Shown piece by piece: positions 12,337 through 23,682 of a stretch of DNA of 64,000 nt. The stretch comes from Mobula hypostoma (Eukaryota), in the NCBI RefSeq assembly GCF_963921235.1, contig NC_086107.1:105960001-106024000 (forward strand), written 5' to 3'. A program made the translations under genes and the position numbers. The first letter of the stretch is position 1. Every line of letters begins with the position of its first letter. The notes under the pieces are model-generated. The model saw only the letters and a program-made list of their open reading frames with translations. It had not been told where the DNA came from and did no database searches.

Positions 12337-12594
12337 CTGAAACACACAGAAAGAATCAGTTTTCTATCACAACTCTCACAGCACCAGGACATCACAATAA
12401 GCTGTAATAACAAGGGGAATACCATTGCCAGAAGAGGCACAGCCAGCAGCAAGGATTAGGGTAAGTGCAAGCAGGATTTTCACACTCACCCTGGGCAAGG
12501 CTAGGACTAGAGGTCATGGGTTAAGGGTGAAAGGTGAAATATTTAAGGGAGGGACAAGAGAGGGAACGTCTTCACTCAGGGTGTAATGAGGGTG

Positions 12595-13017
12595 CCTTCT
12601 CCGTGGATTGTCACCTTGTCGCGGTGGAGAAGCTTGTGTGGTCCTGTGATCCCGAGAGCGATGCCGTCTGGTGCTATGCTCCTGGTAGGGTCACCCATGG
12701 CGGTAAGGTTGAGGGTGAGGTCCCTGACAAAGAACAATCCAACCAAGACCTCAACGGTGGAACAGGCGGACGAAGTTACTTCGAACTCAACGGCTGTGAA
12801 GGCGGATGAAGGCTGCAACAAATCTATCAGCTCCAATCGTCGTGGTTTCCATGCCATTGGAATCAGCTGGTTGATTTGTGAAGTATCGTGTGCTTCTTGG
12901 AGTGCAACATCAAGTACACGTTAAACAAATACACGCACAGGCGTCTTCGCTCTGTGGGACACTTCTTCAGAACGAAGACCATCATCCTCGACCTCGAGGA
13001 TAGCCACGACGACGATG
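12595..13017 (+). mobile_element. RTE-derived short non-autonomous retroelement
   Basis: RTE-type 5' UTR (tgtcaccttgtcgcggtggag...gctatgctcctggtagggtc) and a (GAC/GAT)n tail. 10-bp TSD aatgagggtg at 12585-12594 and 13018-13027, inside a CR1 fragment. Confidence 0.7.
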
Positions 13018-13517
13018 AATGAGGGTGTGGAACGAGCTGCCTGTGGAAGTGATGGTTGTGGGTTCCGCAAAATTCTGCTCCTATGTCTTGTGTTTGGCTC
13101 TGTCTCCCTGAACACGACAATCATCAGGCTCCTGGCCTGGCATGCTATGGGGTGTATGGGGTGTCCAGGGAGTGATAGCATCTCTGGTGATGGGGCTTGT
13201 CGTGTCCATTCCAGGGCAGCTCACTCACTTTTGGTCCCCGCTGGACACGTGGCTCTCACCTGTGGCTCCAAGTAGCTGTTTGCACGCAACACTCTTCACC
13301 ACTCTCTGGGGAAATCAGTTCCTCCTCATCTCCATCCTAAGTCTACTCCCCCGAACCTCGAGGCTATGTTCCCCTAGTTCTAGACTCACCTACCAATGGA
13401 GACTCACCTCTAGTCTCACCTTACAGCACCTTTGACTCGATCAAAGCTTTTGCAGATCGCTTCAACTATTATTCGCTCTGTCACAACTGATGTAGTGCTG
13501 TCCATAAATATTCTGTG

Positions 13518-16500
13518 TTAGTGTTGGTGCTGGTAGCGAGTGGTCGTAACACCATGAGTAATATCATGAGTCAGCATGCAGTGCAGACTAGATCAATGCG
13601 TCTCGTCAGTATGGTAGTGAGGGACTTCTGCACTGTCTAAGACAGTAAAACCAAGCTCTCATCTGAATATTTAAGAATTTCTTATGCTCTGAACAAGTCG
13701 ATCACACAAATAGTTCAACGGTTCTAATTAATATCAGAGACTGTGTACAGTATACAGCCTGAAATTCTTACTCTTCACAGACATCCACAAAACAGAAGAA
13801 CAAATGACAGAAAAAACATAAGAACCCCAAAGCCTCCCACGCACAAGCAGCAACAAAGCATCAACCCTCCCCCTTATATTCCAGCAGAACGCATTAGCAA
13901 TCACACCACCCACTATACAAGCATCAGCAAACCCCCTCCCAAAGAGAGACCATGATCTACAGACCATCAGAAACCACCGTTCACCAAATAGTTCGACATG
14001 CCACAGGCTCTCTCTCTTTGTGGACTAGTTCTGTGTACCAAATGGCAGTAGACTTCCCTACTAATGCTTTTCAAGCAACTGAACATTTATTATGGAGTGA
14101 TTTCTGTGGAGTCGAACAGTCGCCGCCAAGCAACCATTTACAGCAATCTACACAAATCCAAAATTAAAGAGATTTTGCAGGTGCTGGAAATCCAGAGCAA
14201 CACACACAAAATGCTGAAGGAACTCAGTAAGTCGACGGAGGGGAATAAACGGTCGACGTTTGGTCAGTCTGGATAGTAGCATACCGGTTATTGTAGCGCT
14301 TTACAACACCGGCACTAAGACCGGGGGTTCAGTTCCTGCTGCTGTCTGTAAGGAGTTTGCACGTTCTTCCCCCTTCCTCTGGATGCTCCAGTTTCCTCTG
14401 GCATTCCCAAGCAGCATGGTAGCATTATACACCCAACTGTTGCTGAGTCATCAGAGAATTTCTGTTGTATCTATAATCTGAGGTATACAGGGTAAACAGG
14501 AAGGAGCCAACTGTGGGGCCCCAGTGCTGCTTATAGCCACGTCTGACACACATCTCTGAAGCCACACAGACTGCGGTCTGCCAGTCAGGTAGTCCATTAT
14601 CCAGGATACAATGGAAGTGCCAGCCTGCACTGAACGGAGCTTCTACCCCAGCAATGAGCACTGCATGGTACTGAAGGCACTTGAGAAATCATGATCCTCA
14701 CAGTGCTACCCTGCTTACCCAAATGGGAGTCAGCTCTGGTCAGCAGGTAGATGACAGCATCGTCAACTCCAGTGTGCTCCTGCACTTTGAACTAGAGGTG
14801 ATGTATTAATGGTGAAATGTTTAAGGGGAATACAAGGGGAAACTTCTTCACTAAGAGGGTGATGAGTATGTGATACAAGCCCCGAACGGAAGTGGTGGAA
14901 GAGGGCATGATTTAAGATAAATTAGCATAAATACATGGATGGGGGGGTGGTACGGTCTGGGTGCTGGTCGATGGGATTAAGCAAGATAATAGTTTGGAGA
15001 GATTAGATGGGCTGAAGGGCCTGTTTCTGTGCTGTGGTGTTCTTTGACTCTATGACTCTAGTTCAGGAATGTGAGGGGATACACTTAGGGGTGTAGAACA
15101 AGACAGGGGAAGTATCTTAAATGGCGAAGACACTTAGTGATGTGGAGAATCTAGGGGATCATAGACCTACCCTTAAAGGTTGCAGGAGAGAACAAGAAGA
15201 TGATTAAAATGAGCTACTGATGCACAGAGGAACAGGGAGGTTATGCTGCAGCTGTATACTGCCCTAGTTAGACCAGAGCTGCAGTGTTCTGTGCAGATCT
15301 GGTCACCAGATTACAGTACAGATACCACTGTGCTGGAGAGGGGGCAGAGGAGAATTATGACAACGTTACCAGGACTGGAAAATTGTAGCTTTTAGAAAAG
15401 ATGAGATCAGAACAGTTGTTTTTCTTCGGAACAGAAGAGACGGAGGGTGAGATTTAATTACAGAGTGCAGAATTATAGTGGGTCCACATAGAGACAACGA
15501 GGACTGTTTTCCTTCACAGGTAAGAGGGCTGGAGGAGGAGAAGGACAGAACTTATTTTCAGAGGGATGTGGGGCTGCAGAACTCGCTGCCTGGAAGGGCG
15601 ATGGAGGTAGAGACCACAGTGGCTCCACATAGAGATGAGAACTGGTCTTCCACCAAAGGGTCAACAGCCAGGAGGGCTTAAAGTAAATAGTGAGAGGATA
15701 AGCACACTTTCAGAGGGAGATTGGGTGTACAGCTCAGTGCCTGAAAGGGTGATGAAGTAGAAACGTCACTCTGAAAGGTACTTAGGTGCGAATTTGAAGA
15801 GGAGAACAGGCAGGGATATAGATCAAGTTCTGGTGGGTGGTATTAGTATGGACTGTATCTTTGGTACAATGGGACAAATAATCTATGATTCTACTATTTT
15901 GTATATATTTTAAAATTTTATTTAGAGATTCCGTACAGTAACAGGCCCTTCTGCCCAATCACACCCATGTGACCAATTAGCGTACTAGCCCGCACGACTT
16001 TGGACTGTGGGGGGAAACAGGGACACACGGAGGAAACCCATGCGGTCACAGGGAGAACGTACCAGCTCCTGACAGACAGCGATAGGATTGAACACCAATC
16101 GCTGACATTTTAAAAATGATACACTAGCCTCTATGCGAACTTATTGCCCAGATTATGTAAAACTATGATTGTTCCAATCGGAAATCTAATAGAATGGATG
16201 CATCATCTATCAACCGCCTCTGCCCTGTTGAGACATTATTCTGTTTATACCAGCAGATCTTCCTACCTAGACTCCCCATCACTGTCACTCAGACCAGGGA
16301 ATAAAGCAGGCAATGCAAGGAGGGAGATCGCATTTGGTTTATTTATTTATTTCTGTTAAATCCGCAAGAGTACACTGGCGCGTGCATATTGGAGTGCTTT
16401 TAGACTAGATTCAGAGAAATGATTTACAGTGAGAAGGCATCAAAGAGACAAGGGAGAGATTATAAAAACAGTGGTAACTGCAACGGCGTGCATATTATTA

Positions 16501-18165
16501 ATGATTCACAAATACTAATCTGCCCGTGCCCTAACGTCGCTATAATGTGCGTGTTTTTGCTTCCATCAGCCATAGCCTTTGGAGTTTCTGAAGTGTAAAT
16601 ACCCCTTCAGACCTTTGACAAACTATGCAGGCTAGAGAGATACTGTTACTGGGAAGGGTGGATCAGAGAAGCAAAGCTATGCTGCGTTAGTGGTGAGGAA
16701 GCTACAACGGGCGCTTTCCCCGTTGTATCTCAGTGTTGTCTCAGATGGACGTCCATCCGAATGAGTCCCCCATCCCAATAGAGATGTCATTGCCCTTCTC
16801 ACCAAAAACCTTCCCCCTTTTTATCACCTTCTCTCTGGCCGACTATGAGGAGATGGAGTAACTGCTGAGGAGTCATACTTCCCGCTCTAGCTGTGCAAGG
16901 ACATGATTCAAAAGTTCACTCCCCCGTCTCTCTCTCTCACTCACTCTGGAGTTGGCCTGACTGGTCACTTTTCTTTTTCCTCTCACGTTTGCCAGAGGAG
17001 AGGAGAAGATGGCGGCGCAACGCAGCTCACAGCGGCCACTCCGGTGGTGATGTCTGTTATCTGTCAAGTAGGGTGCCGTGCACCATCCTGACTTGATGGA
17101 GATGGACGCGAGAGCACGGAGGAACATCTGGTGAAACTTCTGAAATGCCTGTTTCGCCGCTGCTGCTACTGTGTGGTCTGAAATCTCCGGAGGGGAAGGC
17201 CCCGAGTTCTCGGCTTTGCTTGTTGCTTGGCGGCCGGGGTGGGGTCGAAGCGCTCGGCAGAGGATGGTGCTCAGTGTCGAAGGGCTGGTCGGAGGCTCGA
17301 AGTTTTCCGATGGACTCAGAGTCCGCTGAGGTTGGGTGCTTCCAATGGTGCTGCGTCGGCAAGTTGGCGGCGCTTGGAGGTTCATGGCGGGGAGAGTTTC
17401 TCCCTTCTGCCGTCTGCGTGAGATGATGAGGCTATCAGGACTCTGAAACTTTTTTTTACTGTGCCCATGGTCTGCTCTTTATCAAATTACAGTATTGCTT
17501 TGCACTGTTGTAACTATATGTTATAATTATGTGGTTTTTGTCAGTTTTAGTCTTGGTTTGTCCTGTGTTTCTTGTGATATCATACCAGAGGAACATTGTG
17601 TCATTTTTTAATGCATGCATTTCTAAATGACAATAAACAAGGACTGAGTGTTCTCATAATCTAAATCTTCCGATTTCCGAACCAGTTGCGAGTTGTGTGG
17701 GTAAAAAGGCTAATGGCTAAAGGCATGGAGTGGATATCTCCGATAGTGGAAGAGTGTAGGACTCAGTGTCTGAAAGGGTGATGAAGTAGGAGTGTCACTT
17801 TCAGAGGTACTTCTATATGAACCCAGAACAGAACGACGGTGGTGAGTCTGTGGAGGACAAGTCATACTTGATGCAGAGTTTAATAGGTTCTGATCGGTAA
17901 AGGTGTCAAAGAGAGAAGGCAGAAAAATGGGGTTGAGAGGGATAACAAATCAGCCATGATGGAATGATAGAGCAGATGCAATGGGCCGAATGGCCTGATT
18001 CTGCTCCTATGTCTTATGGTCAACAGCCCAATAATTCGGCCTCACCTTCCCTGGTAAGCCATATTTGCTATTTCCAGTAACTGCATCAATCTGACCACTG
18101 CCTGCTCTGACAGTGGGTGGGGGAGGAGATTCTTTGTAATCACGCTCAGTGTTTGGCAGAGCTGC
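13518..18165. repeat. Local segmental duplication, copy B (inside intron 3 of the MGP-like gene), retaining the last codons and stop of the terminal exon
   Basis: 18070-18160 aligns with 12090-12185 (tttccagtaactg...ggagattctt-gtaatcac-ctcagt-ttt-gca). 16490-16830 aligns with 10860-11020 plus 11440-11560 and with 9040-9350. Confidence 0.85.
17000..17645 (+). mobile_element. CpG-rich non-autonomous retroelement; an inverted partial copy lies at 26930-27218
   Basis: gaggagaagatggcggcgcaa...ggatggtgctc is shared with the reverse complement of 26930-27218. The LINE-like 3' end carries tgacaataaa. Confidence 0.65.
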
Positions 18166-19150
18166 AGTCAGCAAGAAACGGGCCTTTTAGCTCATCAAGT
18201 CCACACCGAATATCAAACACCCTTTTTACACCAAAATCCCATGTTCCCAACAAAAGCTCATTTTAACCTTCCATATCCACACCCAGAGCGTATGCTGTAG
18301 TGTCTTTCTTTAACATCTCGTCTGAAAAAGCACACCTCTACAGTATAGCACTCCTTCAGTGCTAACATTGACAGCTTAAATCTTATTTTTTCTGATCAAG
18401 TCTCCAGAGTGGGACTCAAACCCACAATCTGTTGATTCCAGGGAGTGCCCTCTATTGAGCTAAGATCAGCAAAAAGAGTCAAACATATGGATTCAGTCCT
18501 GACGAAGGGTTCCAGCCCGAAACATTGACTGATCGTTTCCACGGATGCTGCCCGACCTGCTAAGTTCCTCCAGCGTGTTGTGAGTGTTGCTTTGATCCCA
18601 GCATCTGCAGAGTATTTTGTATCAAACATATGGAAGTTCTTTGGCTATATAACACCTTTGATTCAATAGAAGTACCTTAGCAATAATTTAAAATTACTCC
18701 TCATAAAGATGTGTTAGGATACGGGACCAGAGTGTGGGAAATGGCTCCCACAGGTCCACGATCTAAGGATCACCACTCCTGAGGTTTGGAATGACACAAC
18801 GCACACAAAACGCTGGAGGAACTCAGCAGGTCGGGCAGCATCCACGGAAATGAATAAACAGTCGACGGCTTGGCCCAGAGATCCTTCTTCAGGACTGGAA
18901 AGGAAGGGAGAGTGAAAAGGTAGGGTGGGGGGAGGGGAAGGAGGACTAGCTGGCAGGTAATAGGTGAAACCAGGTGAGGAGGAAAGGTGAAGGACCGGAG
19001 AAGAAGGAATCTGATAGGAGAGAAGAGTGGACCGATGACAAGACGTTGGAATGATGCCCCCCAACAAGGAAATTCCTGGGGATGTCACTGGGACAGTAAT
19101 AAATTGTCAGGGGCTTCAAAACAGAGAGGGAAGGGTGTGTCAGGCCCTAC

Positions 19151-19241
19151 CTCTCGTACGATGGTACGTGGTGGTAGCACCCATAGGCATGTCTCTTTCT
19201 CCTCACAAAGTTGTTTGCCGACTGCGTGCCCATGAAGGTTT
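19151..19241 (-). CDS. mgp: Internal exon (propeptide: gamma-carboxylase docking site and furin site) of the MGP-like gene
   Basis: Acceptor ctttcttatttcctgtAG, donor GTaggg, 91 nt, phase 1 to 2. It reads (E)TFMGTQSANNFVRRKRHAYGCYHHVPSYE(S). F-x5-ANxF matches MGP FINRRNANTF. It joins in frame to both neighbouring exons. Confidence 0.88.
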
Positions 19242-19352
19242 CTACAGGAAATAAGAAAGTGCTCTGGGTTAATGAGCAACCAATCTACACAATGTAACTG
19301 GGATCTGCACCCCTACCCTAATGCCAACCATGCCTGCTTTACCTTGTTAAAT

Positions 19353-19971
19353 ACATCCAGTGGTCTCTTTATTAGCTACCCCCTGTACCTAATAAAGTGG
19401 CCACTGAGTGTAGGTTCATGGTCTTCCACTGCTGTAGCCCGTCCACTTCAAGGTTTGACATGTTGTGCGTTCAGAGATGCTCTTCTGTACACCACTGTTG
19501 TAACGTGTCATTATTTGAGTTACTGTCTCCTGCCTGGCCATTCTCCTCTGACCTCTCTCATTAACAAGGTGTTTTCTTCCACAGATCTGCCGCTCGCTTG
19601 GTTTTTTTTCTGTTCTTTGCACTAATCTCTGTAAACTCTAGAACAGGGGTTCCCAGACCCTCGGTTAATGGTAGGGGCCCATAACCATAAAAAGGTTGGG
19701 AATTTGGGAACCCCTGCTCTAGAGACTTCTGTGTGTGAAAATCCCAGGAGATCAGCAGTTTTTGAGATACTCAAACCACCCCATCTGGTACCAACAATCA
19801 CTGAGATCACGTATCTTCCCCATGCTGATGACTGGTCCGAACAACAACTGAACCTCTTGACCTTCACTGCATGTGTTTATGCATTGAGTTGTTGTGCCAT
19901 GATTGGCTGATTAGATATTGGCATTAAACGAGCAGGTGCCCAGGTGTACCGCATAAAGTGGTCACTGAGTG
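19353..19971 (-). mobile_element. Tc1-derived element with a nested hAT mini-MITE (~19644-19716)
   Basis: Same family as 55451-55998. The insert has caggggttccca...tgggaacccctg ends. Confidence 0.8.
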
Positions 19972-20159
19972 CGAGAAGATGACAGTAATGACCAGGTCGT
20001 TTCAGTCTCCAGGGCAGACAAGAGCTGCGCCTCTGTGTTGAAGGAGCTGCTTACAGCTGGGTCATGGTCATGATTTAACATTGGCTGCATATCCCAGGAT
20101 TGGGAGGGGAATTTGGGATCCTTCATTTCCTTATTGCTGGAGGCATGGGCCACTGGGAA

Positions 20160-21105
20160 GTCAGTGTGTGGGATTGTCTCACAGTGAGGGTCACTGTGTG
20201 TGTGTGACCTGTTCCCCCAGTGAGGGTCAGTGTGTGTGTGACCTGTTCCCCCAGTGAGGGTCAGTGTGTGTGTGTGTGTGACCTGTTCCCCCAGTGAGGG
20301 TCAGTGTGTGTGTGTGGGATCTGTTCCCCCAATGAGGGTCAGTGTGTGTGTGTGTGACCTGTTACCCCAGTGAGGGTCAGTGTGTGTGTGACCTGTTCCC
20401 CCACTGAGGGTCAGTGTGTGTGTGGGACCTGTTCCCCCAGTGAGGGTCAGTGTGTGTGTGACCTGTTTCCCCAGTGAGGGTCAGTGTGTGTGTGTGGGAC
20501 CTGTCCCCCAGTGAGGGTCAGTGTGTGTGGGACCTGTTCCCATAGTGAGGGTCAGTGTGTGTGTGTGTGACCCATCCCCCAGTGAGGGTCAGTGTGTGTG
20601 TGTGTGTGACCTGTTCCCCCAGTGAGGGTCAGTGTGTGTGTGAGACCTGTTCCCCCAGTGACGGTCAGTGTGTGTGTGTGTGACCTGTTCCCCCAGTGAG
20701 GGTCAGTGTGTGTGTGTGTGACCTGTTCCCCCAGTGAGGGTCAGTGTGTGTGTGACCTGTTCCCCCAGTGAGGGTCAGTGTGTGTGTGTGGGACCTGTTC
20801 CCCCAGTGAGGGTTAGTGTGTGTGTGACCTGTTCCCCCAGTGAGGGTCAGTGTGTGTGTGAGACCTGTTCCCCCAGTGAGGGTCAGTATGTGTGTGACCT
20901 GTTCCCCCAGTGAGGGTCAGTGTGTGTGTGACCTGTTCCCCCAGTGAGGGTCAGTGTGTGTGTGACCTGTTCTCCCAGTGAGGGTCAGTGTGTGTGTGTG
21001 ACCTGTTCCCCCAGTGAGGGGCAGTGTGTGTGGGACCTGTCTGCTAGTGAGGGTCAGTGTGTGTGTGGTACAGTCCCCCAAGACGGTCAGTGTGTTTGTG
21101 TGGGA
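20160..21105. repeat. Minisatellite, unit CAGTGAGGGTCA(GT)nGACCTGTTCCCC (~32-40 bp, roughly 25-27 units), in intron 2 of the MGP-like gene
   Basis: Directly visible tandem units with a variable-length internal GT tract. Confidence 0.97.
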
Positions 21106-21978
21106 AAGGACCCTGGTAAGTGCCAAGAGATGGAGAACAACTGCATCATGAAAAAACAGGAAAAGAAATTTGGTTATCAGAATGTAACCAGTTCTGTGGG
21201 AATAATTTTGACAAGGAGGACGTCTTGCAGGTCTGCTAAGGAGCTGGTGCAGGAACAATGGGCTGCAAATTGGCCAGTCTACAATCAGCAGGAGTCGAAT
21301 GGAGGCCAGGGTGACGTCAGAGGCAGAAGAGAGAGTTTATGTCAAACGGATTGCGTTTCTGTTATTAAATTAGCGCCAAATGACTGGGATTGCTGTTTTC
21401 ATACAATACAGCATGTGCGACATGATCTCAGCCAACAGACAACAGGTCAAGACATTTAGCAGAGAAAGTCAGCTCTTCCAGAATAATATGGTCACGTCAT
21501 TGAGTAATTAGATGGTAGTTGAAGATCACAATATGAGATTAGCGAGAATTGAAAGACTGTCATCTTGAGAATTACGTAGCATCATTACAGGACAGTGGTT
21601 TCAGTGTGCGGTTGTGATGACATCAGCTGGTTTTAACTGCCCTTTGAAAACTTTCTCTCTTCCAGTGTAGCTGGCAGTTTCTTCCCCCGGTGATTTATAC
21701 ATCACTCAACCTGCACTTGGAAGCTGACACACTGTCCCTTCACAGGAGGTAGCAAAGTCCCAACTCCTGCCCAACCCCAGTCCCTAGCTCTCACCCCACT
21801 CACCCTTGCCCCCTCTCTGTGCCCTTTGGCAACCCCTTCATGCTTGGCTGAGATGAGATCCCCCTAGGCACTGCCCCTCTCACTGTCCTTAGCTTCTCGT
21901 TTCCTGTCCACTCACTAGCTCTCCACATCATGCACTGTTATAACCTTCAGTGTACAAACTCTTGGCAGATGTACTGAC

Positions 21979-22014
21979 CTTCTTTCTCGGCTGATCCGAT
22001 GAATTCTTTGGGGG
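21979..22014 (-). CDS. mgp: Short internal exon (exon 2 equivalent) of the MGP-like gene
   Basis: Strong acceptor tttctctctctctcttccAG, donor GTcagt, 36 nt, phase 1 to 1. It reads xPKEFIGSAEKE(E). Size and phase fit the short second exon of MGP/BGP genes. Confidence 0.75.
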
Positions 22015-22962
22015 CTGGAAGAGAGAGAGAGAAACAAATAGAATTCAAAGTACAGCTGGCAGAGTCCACCAAATCCTCAACCAGTTTAAAGAAGTGCAGT
22101 GGGGGGCACTTACAGAGTCCAAAGACCTAGATACAATACTGACGGGTTCTGTCCATGTAGAGTTTCATTGTGGACTTCAGAAAGGGTAAGAGGAGGGAAA
22201 ACACACCAGTCCTCATAGGGGGATCAGAAGTGGAAAGAGTGAGCAATTTCCGTAAGACCATAAGACCACAAGACAAAGGAGCAGAAGTCGGCCATTCGGC
22301 CTATTGTCTGCTCCGCCATTTTACCATGAGTTGATCCATTCTCCCATTTAGTCCCATTCCCCCGCCTTCTCACCATAACCTTTGATGCCCTGGCTACTCA
22401 GATACCTATCAATACACCCAATGGCCTTAAATACACCCAATGACTTGGCCTCCACTGCCGCCCGTGGCAACAAATTCCATAGATTCACCACCCTCTGGCT
22501 AAAAAAATTTCAAGTCCCTGGGTGTCAATATCTCTGAGGATCTAATCTGGGCCTAACATATTGATGCAGCTACAAAAATAGCACAACAGTGGCTATATTT
22601 CATTAGGAGTTTGAGGAGATTTGGTATGTCACCAAAGTGCACATTTCTACAGATGAACCATGGACAGCATTCTAACTGGCTGCATCACCGTCTGGAAGGG
22701 GGTCGGGGGGCATTGCACAGGATCAAAATAAGCTGCAGAAATTTGTAAACTCAGTCAGCTCCATCATGGCCAGTAGCCTCTCCAGCATCCAGGGCATCTT
22801 TAAGGAGTGATGCCTCAGGAAGGCAGTGTCCATCTTTAAGGACTCTCATCACCTAAGCCATGTCCTCTTCTCATTGCTACCATCAGGGAGGAGGTGAAAG
22901 CAACACTCACAACACGCTGGAGGAACTCAGCAGGTCGGGCAGCATCCATGGAAACGCTGACT

Positions 22963-22996
22963 GTCCTGACGAAGGGTTCCGTCCCGAAACGTTGAC
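22963..22996 (+). ncRNA. Minimal hammerhead motif in a palindromic Penelope-derived insert
   Basis: GUC-CUGACGA-AGGGUUCCGUCCC-GAAAC-GUU/GAC. Confidence 0.6.
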
Positions 22997-23441
22997 TGAT
23001 CATCTCCATGGATGCTGCCCGACCTGCTGAGTTCCTCCAGCGTGTTGTGAGTGTTGCTTTGACCCCAGCATTTGCAGATTATTTTGTGTTTAGGGAGGAG
23101 GTGAGGAAGCCTGAAGACACACACTCAACGTTTTAGGACCAGTTTCTTCCCCTCTGCCTTCTGGTTTCTGAATGGACATTGAACCCATGAACACTATCTC
23201 ACTACTTTAGCACTGCTTACTTAATTGAACACATATCTATATAGACTTTTGCACAATTCTGTATATTATGCCAGTGATATTAAACCTAATTCTGATTCTA
23301 ATATTCTCTGTGACCACATAGGGTTTCCTCCAGATGCTCTGCTTTCCTCCCGTGTGATTTAGGTGCGTGGGTTGGTGGGCGAATTGGCCACCGTAAATCA
23401 TGGCCAGTGTGTGAGTGGGTGGCAGAATCGGGGGGCAATTG

Positions 23442-23682
23442 TGTTATGTCTTGTAACTTCAAAACATTAAATTAATTCAAAGGAAAACCTGGGGAGTCCG
23501 AAATACGGGAGTATCTTCAGCTTTACTTTTAGCGAGGCGCACACGTATCACGTGGTAGCATGATGACATATGCAATTAATGTATTTTTACATATAACCCA
23601 TAATTAATTATTTAAATGAACAAGACTGCTTAATTAAAGAATCCCCATATATAAGTGTACTCAAATATTATTGAAATACACA
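23442..23682. mobile_element. Possible short solo LTR
   Basis: TG...CA ends with an imperfect 5-bp TSD (aattg/agttg). It interrupts a SINE remnant. Confidence 0.4.

Noticed and set aside
12337..12452. Hydrophobic N-terminus of ORF 12171-12452 as a signal peptide
   Set aside because: It has a non-ATG start and lies upstream of a clear splice acceptor, so it is intronic read-through.
20160..21105. CRISPR-like repeat-spacer appearance
   Set aside because: The spacers are only (GT)n tracts, the context is eukaryotic and there are no cas genes.
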